This document shows, piece by piece, positions 48,401 to 56,664 of a stretch of DNA of 64,000 nt. The notes beneath the pieces are model-generated. The model searched no databases, was not told the origin of the DNA, and was given only the letters and a program-made list of their open reading frames with translations. The DNA is from an uncultured Fidelibacterota bacterium (GTDB taxonomy: Bacteria; Fidelibacterota; Marinisomatia; Marinisomatales; UBA1611): positions 6,991 through 70,990 of the forward strand of contig CACEUX010000003.1 in assembly GCA_902562835.1 (NCBI GenBank), in the 5' to 3' direction. The first letter of the stretch is position 1, and each line of letters begins with the position of its first letter. The translations under genes and the position numbers were made by a program.

Positions 48401-49100
48401 CATTTCCACCATTTGAACCATTGGTTCCAGTCTGACCATCTACGTAGCTTGAGCTGTTATATCCACCGCCACCACCACCAGCAGCAACGATAAGCGGGGT
48501 CGCACTTCCATAAGTTGTGCCTTGTGCAACATAACTACCACCGCCGCCACCACCACCGTAGTAATTACTATAACTGGTGTAACTTCCTAATTGACCAACT
48601 AATATATGCAGAATGTCTCCGGAGTTGAGTTGAAATGTCCCTTTAGCATACGCACCATCGCCTGGTTCTCCAATAGCCATATTTGCACCAGGCCCACCTC
48701 TGGCACCATATGCTTCTATGACATAAGTGCCAGTGGCTGGAACCTCCCAACGCTGAATACCATTAAAGACTGTAACATTCACAGTAGGGTTTGTTCCAGA
48801 ATATGCAGTAGTAGCCTGACTTTGGGAGGGGCCAAATCGGCCAGATTGGCCACAGGTAGTAAAAGTATAGACCCCATCGCCATCACGGCTATTTGAATTA
48901 ACTATAATTTTTGATAAGAAATCGTTGTATAAGCTATCAGAATTTGGTTCGATATAATTGGTTCTAGGTGAATCAGAAGGGCTCTGAATTCCATCAGATG
49001 GAACAGGTAGCATCAGTTCTTGATCTATGATTAATGATTGGCCCATTAGATATGATAGGCAAAGTATCATAGAAATTGTAAAATATTTGCTTGTTTTCAT
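45402..49100 (-). CDS. Giant T9SS-secreted surface protein: ALK/LTK-type glycine-rich domain, cadherin/Ig-like modules, LamG (concanavalin-A-like) domain and a Por_Secre_tail C-terminal domain
   Basis: Signal peptide. YTFTTCGQSGRFGPSQ...IQRWEVPATGTYVIEAYGARGG...ILHILVGQLG...GGGGGGGSYV...PLIVAAGGGGGG is collinear with the ALK/LTK TNF-like plus glycine-rich region. Other elements are VNDLPVF, a LamG-like WIMIDRY...DDIRLWNTSRTADQI, and a T9SS CTD at the C terminus (...LNIFDLTGRQV...LPSGVYLVEL...QKITYIK). Confidence 0.85.
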   Translation of the reverse strand: MKTSKYFTISMILCLSYLMGQSLIIDQELMLPVPSDGIQSPSDSPRTNYIEPNSDSLYNDFLSKIIVNSNSRDGDGVYTFTTCGQSGRFGPSQSQATTAYSGTNPTVNVTVFNGIQRWEVPATGTYVIEAYGARGGPGANMAIGEPGDGAYAKGTFQLNSGDILHILVGQLGSYTSYSNYYGGGGGGGSYVAQGTTYGSATPLIVAAGGGGGGYNSSSYVDGQTGTNGSNGGNATQNNYSGPGIGGSNGMGATGSTYGGNAGGFYSNGSGNYNHYSEAGVGFRSGGNGGNGQYGGRGGFGGGGGGYGGAGGGGGYSGGGGGAWYQGGAGGGGGSYNSGSNQTNISGIGSSHGVVTISIEGADVNNTPVAHGQTVSGNEDELQIITLTGGDVEGGTLTFILETYTSNGSIDLDGNVVTYIPNSNYNGTDHFSFKVSDGELTSSAADVDIDIIPVNDLPVFYSTPQLNTIENHDYHYSIEIHDIDGDMVSVTAPNKPDWLNFSDQNSNSLNFNGGDRITVPYSENQDIVDAMTIEAWIMIDRYQDYGAVITKGDFTGSNGWSEVAPYSLMQGYGGYMRLVYNWNGSPSGNFFTSSTIPLDTWTHVACVVESNGNGYFYINGNLDATHNFGSNFEFYNNDEALVIGADPPGNTEWWYGNLDDIRLWNTSRTADQINAGMNQSIDPNQDGLVAYWNFNEGSGNEIYDISGNGNHGTINGANWSNSVAYTSSMALSGTPTFNDGGLHNVQIIANDGNGGYTTQEFNVAVAVTHLDITGDSGFRILSSPVSGAIFGDLLEELWTQGSEGSDHEGADANVWTYDDGWIPVEDLNNDILEAGQGFVVYVFADTDFDGDDDLPVTLNVDGTINGTGVTVSANPTKWNLVGNPYGLHVNINQMLSDNSSKFHSTVYRLDNTNPGYRTHNGTVGDIDQGLIKPFDGFWVQADNDGDVFEFTEQCMQKGHMNIDGGRSTTNESTGTATFTFANDQFTSNVYLSFTENGHINLDNADAKQIIPISPAEHLTSMIHESGKSLSINNLPSDLSTDISFDLDVMLLSPNDEGYETQSEQVSMTWDISNLPEGISLSLVNNVTGQTINLYGYPSMNVALPNKGGFLFPENLMETYPEVGESQFTLSVYTDIASNDDENLIVPEDITLHNAYPNPFNPSTIISFDILEMDNVSLNIFDLTGRQVASLINEFMIPGNHQISWNPGLLPSGVYLVELAVGDRSFNQKITYIK
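48103..48560 (-). repeat. Glycine-codon (GGN) low-complexity tracts inside the giant gene
   Basis: Runs of ccgccgccgccgcc/caccacc on the plus strand (dense at 48103-48250 and 48463-48560) encode poly-Gly stretches. They also generate spurious ORFs in other frames and on the other strand. Confidence 0.8.
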
Positions 49101-49296
49101 TTTTTGGCTTTTAAATTGTATTGGTCACGTAATATTTAACCTATATTTACAAATATCATACCAAAACTACTTAATTTTTACATAATAAAAAAAGCCAGTA
49201 GTATAAATCTTTATTAAAGATAGAATGTATTGAATTGTGACACTATTCACTAAGAATATTGTCTAATTATGTTACATTTTTATTCCCCTCTAATAT

Positions 49297-50925
49297 TTAC
49301 TGTTCCTTACGCCATTTAGCACCAGGGTATAAATACTGTGCATATCGATAGACCTCCCATGCTTTCTCACCCTCTCCCAATGCTTCATATGCGGTAGCTA
49401 GGTCATAGTAAATGAATAAGTATGGAGAATGACCTACGTACTGTTCTGCCCATTCAATGTAGTCATTTAGTTTTTCTATATTTTTGGTTTTTTTAGCGAT
49501 ATTCAGATTCAATTTCATTATTAGGGTTTCATATTTCTTTTGCCATGAATAGGGGTTAACAATTGAGACTAGAAGTGATGGGTTCTTATAGCCTGTCCTC
49601 TCAAATTGGGTAATTACTGATGCTGTTTTGAGGGTTGTCCCCATATAAACTGTAATGACAAAAGGGATAACGAATGAAAAAAAACGAAAAATAGAGGAGA
49701 AGCTAACTTTTGTTTCAAAATGGTTACCAAATTCACTATCGATCAAATAAATAATAAAAATGAAAATGATCCAATGAGCTAGAGAGATATAAAAAGGGAG
49801 CTCTAGTTGTGAATGGATTAGTATAGGTAAAAGAATGCCCAACATCGCCCAAGCTTTTTTTTGCTTTACCCTCCATATCATATTTAAAAAACCGCCTGCC
49901 ATGATCAGTAATCCTATTAAGGGAATAATACCTCCTTCAACTGTCCAAAAAAGTAACTCATTATGTGGGTGATCCATGTTGCTATTACCAATTGTCTGAA
50001 GTGATGGATCGTCGATTTTACGTTTTGCATAATGATGTCTAAAAGCTGAAAGAAAATTTCCATAGCCTATTCCAAAGATCGGATTATTTTTTATCATTTC
50101 ATAAGTAAGCTGGTATGTCACTATTCTGGTATTCTCAGAGTATTCTATCTCTTTTGTTGGCCTAGTATTATTTATTGTAAGAGCACCAATTAAAAGGCCT
50201 GTAAGTAGTAGTCCAAACCAGAAAAAAAGAATCTTATTTCTTAAATTTCTATAGAAAATTAGAAATATTATTCCAGCTATTAGAGATAAGTACCCTGTAC
50301 GAGATTGGAGGTGATATATCTGGAGACTTGTAAAAAATGGTACGCAAAAAACAAGTATGCGGCTTAAGAAATTATTGATTATATAATTTTCTTTTACTAC
50401 TAAAAAAAGGGATAATGCGGCCCCCGTTGATAAGAATGAAGCGAAAATATTTTTTTGGGCCATCGCACTAAACTGTGGCTGAATAAAAGAAGAATATTTT
50501 AATAATATCTGAATTAAAACACTTCCAAGAATTACACATAAGAACTTATCTTTTTCTTCTTTGCTGAATTGAAACTGTGAAAAAGATAAATACAATAATA
50601 GGCCACCAAAGAGGCCCATTATTCTCATTAAGACAAGGCTAGCATGAATATTATTTGGATAGAAAAATGGAGCTAACATGATGATGGATCCAATAAAAAA
50701 GTATATCTGTAGTTTGGTAATAAATAACTTTTCAGAACTGCTGATCTGGTATAAGCCCATCCCTATCAGAAGTGATACAAAGATCCAGCCAATAATATTA
50801 AATGGAAGATAGAGTCCGTGGCCACCAACATGGTCGAGTGAGATATGTATTCCAAATAGGAAGTAGATCGAAAAAATATAAAAAAAGGTATTCCTAATAT
50901 TTAGATCAAGAATTTTTTTCATCAC
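49297..50925 (-). CDS. O-antigen ligase / PglL-like (Wzy_C) membrane protein with a C-terminal TPR-like tail
   Basis: Polytopic. The Wzy_C loop motif is present (MDHPHNELLFWTVEGGIIPLIG), and the soluble tail has a TPR-like YYDLATAYEALGEGEKAWEVYRYAQYLYP. Confidence 0.75.
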   Translation of the reverse strand: MMKKILDLNIRNTFFYIFSIYFLFGIHISLDHVGGHGLYLPFNIIGWIFVSLLIGMGLYQISSSEKLFITKLQIYFFIGSIIMLAPFFYPNNIHASLVLMRIMGLFGGLLLYLSFSQFQFSKEEKDKFLCVILGSVLIQILLKYSSFIQPQFSAMAQKNIFASFLSTGAALSLFLVVKENYIINNFLSRILVFCVPFFTSLQIYHLQSRTGYLSLIAGIIFLIFYRNLRNKILFFWFGLLLTGLLIGALTINNTRPTKEIEYSENTRIVTYQLTYEMIKNNPIFGIGYGNFLSAFRHHYAKRKIDDPSLQTIGNSNMDHPHNELLFWTVEGGIIPLIGLLIMAGGFLNMIWRVKQKKAWAMLGILLPILIHSQLELPFYISLAHWIIFIFIIYLIDSEFGNHFETKVSFSSIFRFFSFVIPFVITVYMGTTLKTASVITQFERTGYKNPSLLVSIVNPYSWQKKYETLIMKLNLNIAKKTKNIEKLNDYIEWAEQYVGHSPYLFIYYDLATAYEALGEGEKAWEVYRYAQYLYPGAKWRKEQ

Positions 50926-51098
50926 ATCACAAAATTTTATTGGTCTATTGATAAAATATTGATTTAAAGGATCTTTTGATCAATTAAGTTAACGATAGAA
51001 AAAACATATCTTATCCAATTTTAAATATGGTATTAATTAGGCAAATAACTTTTTTCTTAATTTTATAAAATTAATTATTGAGTAAATAAGGCTTAAAA

Positions 51099-53585
51099 TT
51101 GAAAAAAGATACCAAAATATGTCAGGATTTGGGTCAAGGCTGGGAGTTCAGGTCCATTGATAAGAAGTGGTTGAGCGCGAGTGTACCTGGTAATATTCAT
51201 TTAGACCTAATGAATCATGAATTGATACCAGACCCATTTATCGGTAGTAATGAATCAGAATTACAATGGATCTCAGACAAGGATTGGACATACAGACTTT
51301 TTTTTAAACCTGATAAAGGAATCATAGGCAAAAGGAATAAAGGGATATGTTTCCATGGGATTGATACATATGCAGACGTTTTCTTGAATGACAAGAAGAT
51401 AATTAGTTCGAACAATATGTTTCATCCATGGGTTGCTAATATCAATAATATTCTCACCACAGATATAAATAAGTTGGTTATTGTACTACGGTCGCCAATT
51501 AAAGAAGTACTCCCTTTAATGCAAAAACTAGATTATGTCCTTCCAGCTGAAAATGATCAGGCAGGCAAGACAAGTCCATTTACTAGAAAAGCGCCCTTTC
51601 ACTATGGATGGGACTGGGGTCCTTGTTTAGTCACTTCAGGGATATGGAAAAATGTAGAGCTTTTTGGTTGGGACGATTGGTACATAACGGATGTATCGGT
51701 CATCAATACAAAGGCAGATCTCAAGAGCGCTTCTTTAAATGTGTTAGCTAACATTATATCAAATATTCAGGAGAAAGGTAAGGTCTCCATAACTGAATCT
51801 ATAACAGGGAAAAGCACAGAATACCCTATTAGCATAAGGAATGGAAAAAATGAACTAGAGTTCTTGTTTATTATCAATGATCCTGAGCTTTGGTGGCCTG
51901 TGGGTCATGGAGACCAGCCTCTATATGATCTTGATATTCAAGTGCATTTGGACAATTGTGAGCAAAAATTCAAAAAGAGGATCGGGCTAAGAGAGGTGTC
52001 TATCAATAGGCAAAAGGATAAGAGAGGGGAGTCATTCGAGATACGCATTAATGATACACCAATTTTTGCAAAGGGAGCAAATTGGATACCTGCTGACTCT
52101 TTTGTTGAGCGCTTAACACGGGATGATTATGATAGATTGATTAAAGATGCTGTGTCAGCAAACATGAATACGCTTCGTATATGGGGAGGTGGAGTTTATG
52201 AGCCTGATTGTTTCTATGAGATATGTGATGAAATGGGAGTGTTGGTGTGGCAAGATTTTATGTTTGCTTGCTCTATGTATCCAGCGCATGATGAATTTTT
52301 AGCTTCTGTGGAGACGGAAGCTAGGTTCCAATTAGATCGATTGAAAGAACATGCATGTATTGTTCTTTGGTGTGGTAACAACGAGATTGCTTCTGGATGG
52401 CTAAGCTGGGGGTGGAAAGAGGAACTCCCAGACTCTGTTTGGAAAGATTACGATACGCTGTTCCATCAATTACTCCCAAATACATGTAAAGAGTTAGACC
52501 CCGGAAGGCTATACTGGCCTAGTTCACCAGGACATAGTCTTAATCTTCCTGAAACAGATCAGATCTATGGAAGCGGTGATAATCATTATTGGGGTGTTTG
52601 GCATGGGGGCGATGGCTTCGAGGCATTTGAAGAAAATGTTGGTCGCTTTATGTCAGAGTATGGAATGCAATCTTTCCCTGGCGTATCAACAATAAAGACA
52701 TTTGCTAATGATAAGGACCTAAGTATTGATTCAGAAGTTATGGAAGCACATCAGAAAGCGCATCTAGGAACAGGCAATCTAGTTAAATACATTGAAGATC
52801 ATTATGTTTTAAAAGGAGACTTTGAATCTACCGTTGCTTTAAGCCAGGTCATGCAGGCGCAGGCCATAAGGTCGGCTGTGGAAAGCCATCGAAGGAACAT
52901 GCCCTTTTGTATGGGAACGCTATATTGGCAGTTCAATGATTGTTGGCCAGGTATATCCTGGGCCAGCCTAGACTATGAAGGTAACTGGAAAGCACTACAT
53001 TATTTTGCAAAACGATTTTTTAATCCGATATTGATCTCAGTCATAGAAAATAATGATATGATAAATGTCTATATTATTAATGATTTAAAGGAAGGATGCT
53101 CAGCGGAGTTATCAGCAAGATCGTATAAATTTGATGGTTCCATTCTTTTTGAAGAAAGAATAGAACTAGATATAAGACCACATTCATCAAATATTGTACT
53201 CAGTATGAGTAAGAATGATCTGATCGGTAAAAATAAACCATCTGAAGTATTTATGAAATGTGATTTACTTTCAGACAAACAGGTCATGAGTACTAACAAC
53301 CATTTTTTCCTAAAGCCAAAAAATTTGGCTTTGCCGAAAGCAGAGTTTGATTTTTACCATAAAAAGGTAGATGATAATTATTTAATTACCATTCGCGCAC
53401 ATTCATTCATCTACCAATTACATCTGCACTCTATGAATGTGAAGGGCATCTTTAGCAATAATTATTTTGAAATGCTGCCCAATGAAGAGGTGGCAATTGA
53501 ATTCAAACCGTCTAAATATTTTGAGGCAAATGGTGCCCCTGTCTCTTTTGAGATCAATACTGTATATGAATTAATGAATAAATAA
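51099..53585 (+). CDS. Beta-mannosidase (GH2), no signal peptide
   Basis: LWWPVGHGDQPLY, FAKGANWIPADSF, WCGNNEI (acid/base Glu) and FMSEYGMQSFP (nucleophile Glu). The start is TTG and the N terminus is not signal-like. Confidence 0.85.
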   Translation: MKKDTKICQDLGQGWEFRSIDKKWLSASVPGNIHLDLMNHELIPDPFIGSNESELQWISDKDWTYRLFFKPDKGIIGKRNKGICFHGIDTYADVFLNDKKIISSNNMFHPWVANINNILTTDINKLVIVLRSPIKEVLPLMQKLDYVLPAENDQAGKTSPFTRKAPFHYGWDWGPCLVTSGIWKNVELFGWDDWYITDVSVINTKADLKSASLNVLANIISNIQEKGKVSITESITGKSTEYPISIRNGKNELEFLFIINDPELWWPVGHGDQPLYDLDIQVHLDNCEQKFKKRIGLREVSINRQKDKRGESFEIRINDTPIFAKGANWIPADSFVERLTRDDYDRLIKDAVSANMNTLRIWGGGVYEPDCFYEICDEMGVLVWQDFMFACSMYPAHDEFLASVETEARFQLDRLKEHACIVLWCGNNEIASGWLSWGWKEELPDSVWKDYDTLFHQLLPNTCKELDPGRLYWPSSPGHSLNLPETDQIYGSGDNHYWGVWHGGDGFEAFEENVGRFMSEYGMQSFPGVSTIKTFANDKDLSIDSEVMEAHQKAHLGTGNLVKYIEDHYVLKGDFESTVALSQVMQAQAIRSAVESHRRNMPFCMGTLYWQFNDCWPGISWASLDYEGNWKALHYFAKRFFNPILISVIENNDMINVYIINDLKEGCSAELSARSYKFDGSILFEERIELDIRPHSSNIVLSMSKNDLIGKNKPSEVFMKCDLLSDKQVMSTNNHFFLKPKNLALPKAEFDFYHKKVDDNYLITIRAHSFIYQLHLHSMNVKGIFSNNYFEMLPNEEVAIEFKPSKYFEANGAPVSFEINTVYELMNK

Positions 53586-53610
53586 TGATGTTTTTTTGAT
53601 AGAGGATATA

Positions 53611-54249
53611 ATGGAAGATAGCAAAGCACTAGATTGGGCATACCTTGCTCGTTATCAAGATGATAATTTAAAGGTCGGTCTACCAAAGAAAAATGAAAGA
53701 AGGGTCATTTTCATGGGTGATTCTATTACAGAAGATTGGTCTAACCTCTATCCAGAATATTTTATTGGAAGAGGTTATATAAATAGAGGTATTGGAGGTC
53801 AGACCACTTCTCAAATGTTGATCAGGTTCAAGCCAGATGTAGTTGATCTAAAACCAGAAATCGTGGTCGTTCTTGCGGGTACGAATGATATAGCAGGGAA
53901 TACGGGTCCCTCTAATGCTAAAATGATCACAGATAATATCTTCTCAATGGCTGAAATAGCCAAAGCTTATCAAATGAAAGTGGTCTTATCATCTATTCTT
54001 CCTGTCTACGAGTATGATTGGGCAAAAGAGATAAAAGACCTGCCATCTACTATTCAAGCTGTGAATGAGGCTCTTAAACAATATGCCAGCGATCATGAAC
54101 TGATATATCTCGATTATTTTTCATCTATGGTCGATGAACGGCAGGGCTTGAATTCAGATTACACTTCCGATGGAGTTCATCCAAATGAAAGTGGGTATAT
54201 CCTCATGTCTAGCCTGGCGGAAGAGGTGCTTTCAGAGTTGCTTAATTGA
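53611..54249 (+). CDS. SGNH/GDSL hydrolase (PAF-acetylhydrolase-like; possible carbohydrate O-acetylesterase)
   Basis: FMGDSITEDW, GIGGQTT, AGTNDI and DGVHPN. I prefer the ATG at 53611 over the TTG at 53596. Confidence 0.8.
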   Translation: MEDSKALDWAYLARYQDDNLKVGLPKKNERRVIFMGDSITEDWSNLYPEYFIGRGYINRGIGGQTTSQMLIRFKPDVVDLKPEIVVVLAGTNDIAGNTGPSNAKMITDNIFSMAEIAKAYQMKVVLSSILPVYEYDWAKEIKDLPSTIQAVNEALKQYASDHELIYLDYFSSMVDERQGLNSDYTSDGVHPNESGYILMSSLAEEVLSELLN

Positions 54250-54277
54250 TTTTACTTCAGATAGCTACACAAGGATA

Positions 54278-55567
54278 ATGAATACACTTACAACGAATAA
54301 ATGGTTGCGGGTCACAACTCTATGTATACTCTATTTTGCACAAGGGTTTCCATGGGGTTTTATGTTGACAGCGCTGTTATCTTATTTAGCATCAAAAGGT
54401 TTAACATTAGCAGAGTCGGGTCAGCTGACCGCAATGGCTTATTTACCATGGACATTTAAGATCTTTTGGGGGCCTATTATTGATTCTTTTACTTACAGGG
54501 TGATGGGTAGGAGGCGTCCCTGGATCTTATTCGCACAGTTTGGTATGGCCCTCACTCTTATTACAATGTTGTGGATGGGTGACCTATCAGCAAATATTGG
54601 TTTATTGGGTTGGATGTTCTTTTTTCATAATTGCTTTGCTTCTCTCCAAGATGTGAGTTGCGATGCTCTGGCTGTTGATATATTGTTACCTGAAGAGCAG
54701 GGCAAGGTGAATGGTGCAATGTGGGGTTCTAAGGTAATTGGGACAGGAATGGGCGCAGTGGTAATGGGCACCTTACTAACATCGAAGGGTCTTGCTTTTG
54801 CTATAGGATCACAAACCATTCTCATGTTTGCTATTATTTCCTTTCCTCTGTTTATTCTCGAACGTCCAGGGGAAAAGAGATTCCCATGGAGCAGGGCCAT
54901 TGGTGAATCAATAAAACATGAGAGCAGTGTGAAAAACCCAATTGAGGTCATCAAAGATCTGTTGACCGCATTTTCTAAACGTCCGTGCTTTTTTGCAGGT
55001 TTATTCATTTTGATATCAGCCATCAACCAAGGCATAAATAGTGGCGTATTACCAGTTTATTATAGTAGCATTCTAAATTGGCAGTCAGATACTTACGCGC
55101 AGATCGTTGGGGGACCAAGTGCAATTCTTGAGTTCTTTGGAGCGATCCTTGGAGGACTACTGGCAGATCGCTATGGGAAGAGGAAGGTCTTCTTTTTAGG
55201 ATGGGGCAGTTTTTCAATTCTTTCGGGGGTTTTTGGTATAATGGTCCTCACATCTGATCAATTGCCGTATTGGTTTCAACTATTTTACTTAGTTGTCCAT
55301 CCTTGTTTGATAGCAATTGGGACTGTATCCATGTTTGCCTTAGCTATGGCTCTATCGTGGTCAAAGGCTTCTGCTACTATGTTTACATCTTATATGGCTA
55401 TCTCAAACATGTCTGTTGTTATTGGAGGCAAACTGATCGGGCCATTGACAGAGTTAATGAGTATAGGTCAGATATATATTATAATGATGTTCGTATGTTT
55501 AACACCTGTTCTTTTTCTTAAATCAATGAACCCCAGGCCCATATTGGATATTAAAATAAACGATTAA
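54278..55567 (+). CDS. AmpG/PAT-family MFS permease
   Basis: The N terminus LYFAQGFPWGFM..., the loop RRRPW and about 12-14 TM helices. I prefer the start at MNTLTTNKW (54278). The track ORF begins at 54170 inside the previous gene. Confidence 0.75.
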   Translation: MNTLTTNKWLRVTTLCILYFAQGFPWGFMLTALLSYLASKGLTLAESGQLTAMAYLPWTFKIFWGPIIDSFTYRVMGRRRPWILFAQFGMALTLITMLWMGDLSANIGLLGWMFFFHNCFASLQDVSCDALAVDILLPEEQGKVNGAMWGSKVIGTGMGAVVMGTLLTSKGLAFAIGSQTILMFAIISFPLFILERPGEKRFPWSRAIGESIKHESSVKNPIEVIKDLLTAFSKRPCFFAGLFILISAINQGINSGVLPVYYSSILNWQSDTYAQIVGGPSAILEFFGAILGGLLADRYGKRKVFFLGWGSFSILSGVFGIMVLTSDQLPYWFQLFYLVVHPCLIAIGTVSMFALAMALSWSKASATMFTSYMAISNMSVVIGGKLIGPLTELMSIGQIYIIMMFVCLTPVLFLKSMNPRPILDIKIND

Positions 55568-55579
55568 TTAGGATAATCA

Positions 55580-56662
55580 ATGCACCTCTTAACTAGAACT
55601 TTATCTACTTTAACCTTGCTCTCCACTGTACATGGCCAAGGATTCTGGGGCAATGAATTTCCAGAGCCAAAGATCGAGTATGCGCCACGTACATACGTTT
55701 GCCATAAGGCGGATTCGCCTATTTTGCTGGATGGGAAATTAAATGATATTGCTTGGACAAATACAGATTGGACAGATTCATTTGTTGACATTGAAGGGAG
55801 TCTAAAGCCTAAACCATTTTATGATACAAAGGTTAAAATGCTCTGGGATGATAATTATTTCTACTTTGGAGTAGAAATGGAAGAACCACACATTTGGGCA
55901 ACACTTAAAGAAAGAGACGCGGTCATTTATTATGATAATGACTTTGAAATATTTTTAGATCCAGATGGAGATACTCATAATTATTATGAATTGGAGGTTA
56001 ATGCATACGAAACGGAGTGGGACCTTATTCTTATGGCTCCTTACCACGATCATGACAAAGTTGCACTTGATTCTTGGGATATCCCTGGGCTTATATCCAA
56101 GGTAAATATAGATGGTACTCTAAATGACCCATCGGACATGGATAAGGGATGGAGCGTTGAGATCGCAATCCCATGGAAAGCCTTTTACAATAATTATCGT
56201 TCAAATGAATCTCCAAAGGACGGGGAACAGTGGAAGGTTAATTTTTCAAGAGTTCAGTGGGATGTTGATATTATTGAAGGTAAATATGTAAAAACAGATA
56301 ATCCAGAATTTAATTGGGTCTGGTCGCCTCAGGGACATATCTACATGCATTTTCCACACTTCTGGGGCTTGGTTCAGTTTACGGAAAAAGCTCCTGGGAC
56401 TGAAAAAGTTGAATATATCGATAATGGATTAGATAAGGTCAAATGGGCGCTTAGACAGGTCTACATAAGGCAGAGGAATTACTTTTTCAAGAATGAACGT
56501 TACACGGCATCTCTCAAAGAATTAAATCTTATGACCAAGCCAGTAGAAGGCGTAGTATGGCCGCCAGATATTATTGTGACACCATCAGGATGGGAAGCTG
56601 AATTAGATTGGAATGGAGAATCTGTTATTATCAGAAAAGATGGAAAGGTCTGGGTGAAGTAA
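55580..56662 (+). CDS. Secreted carbohydrate-binding family 9 (CBM9/DOMON-like) domain protein
   Basis: Signal peptide (TLLSTVHGQ). DGKLNDIAW...WTDSFVDIEG...KMLWDDNYFYFGVEMEEPHIWA...DNDFEIFLDPDGD..NYYELEVN is the typical CBM9-like pattern. Confidence 0.65.
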   Translation: MHLLTRTLSTLTLLSTVHGQGFWGNEFPEPKIEYAPRTYVCHKADSPILLDGKLNDIAWTNTDWTDSFVDIEGSLKPKPFYDTKVKMLWDDNYFYFGVEMEEPHIWATLKERDAVIYYDNDFEIFLDPDGDTHNYYELEVNAYETEWDLILMAPYHDHDKVALDSWDIPGLISKVNIDGTLNDPSDMDKGWSVEIAIPWKAFYNNYRSNESPKDGEQWKVNFSRVQWDVDIIEGKYVKTDNPEFNWVWSPQGHIYMHFPHFWGLVQFTEKAPGTEKVEYIDNGLDKVKWALRQVYIRQRNYFFKNERYTASLKELNLMTKPVEGVVWPPDIIVTPSGWEAELDWNGESVIIRKDGKVWVK

Positions 56663-56664
56663 TT

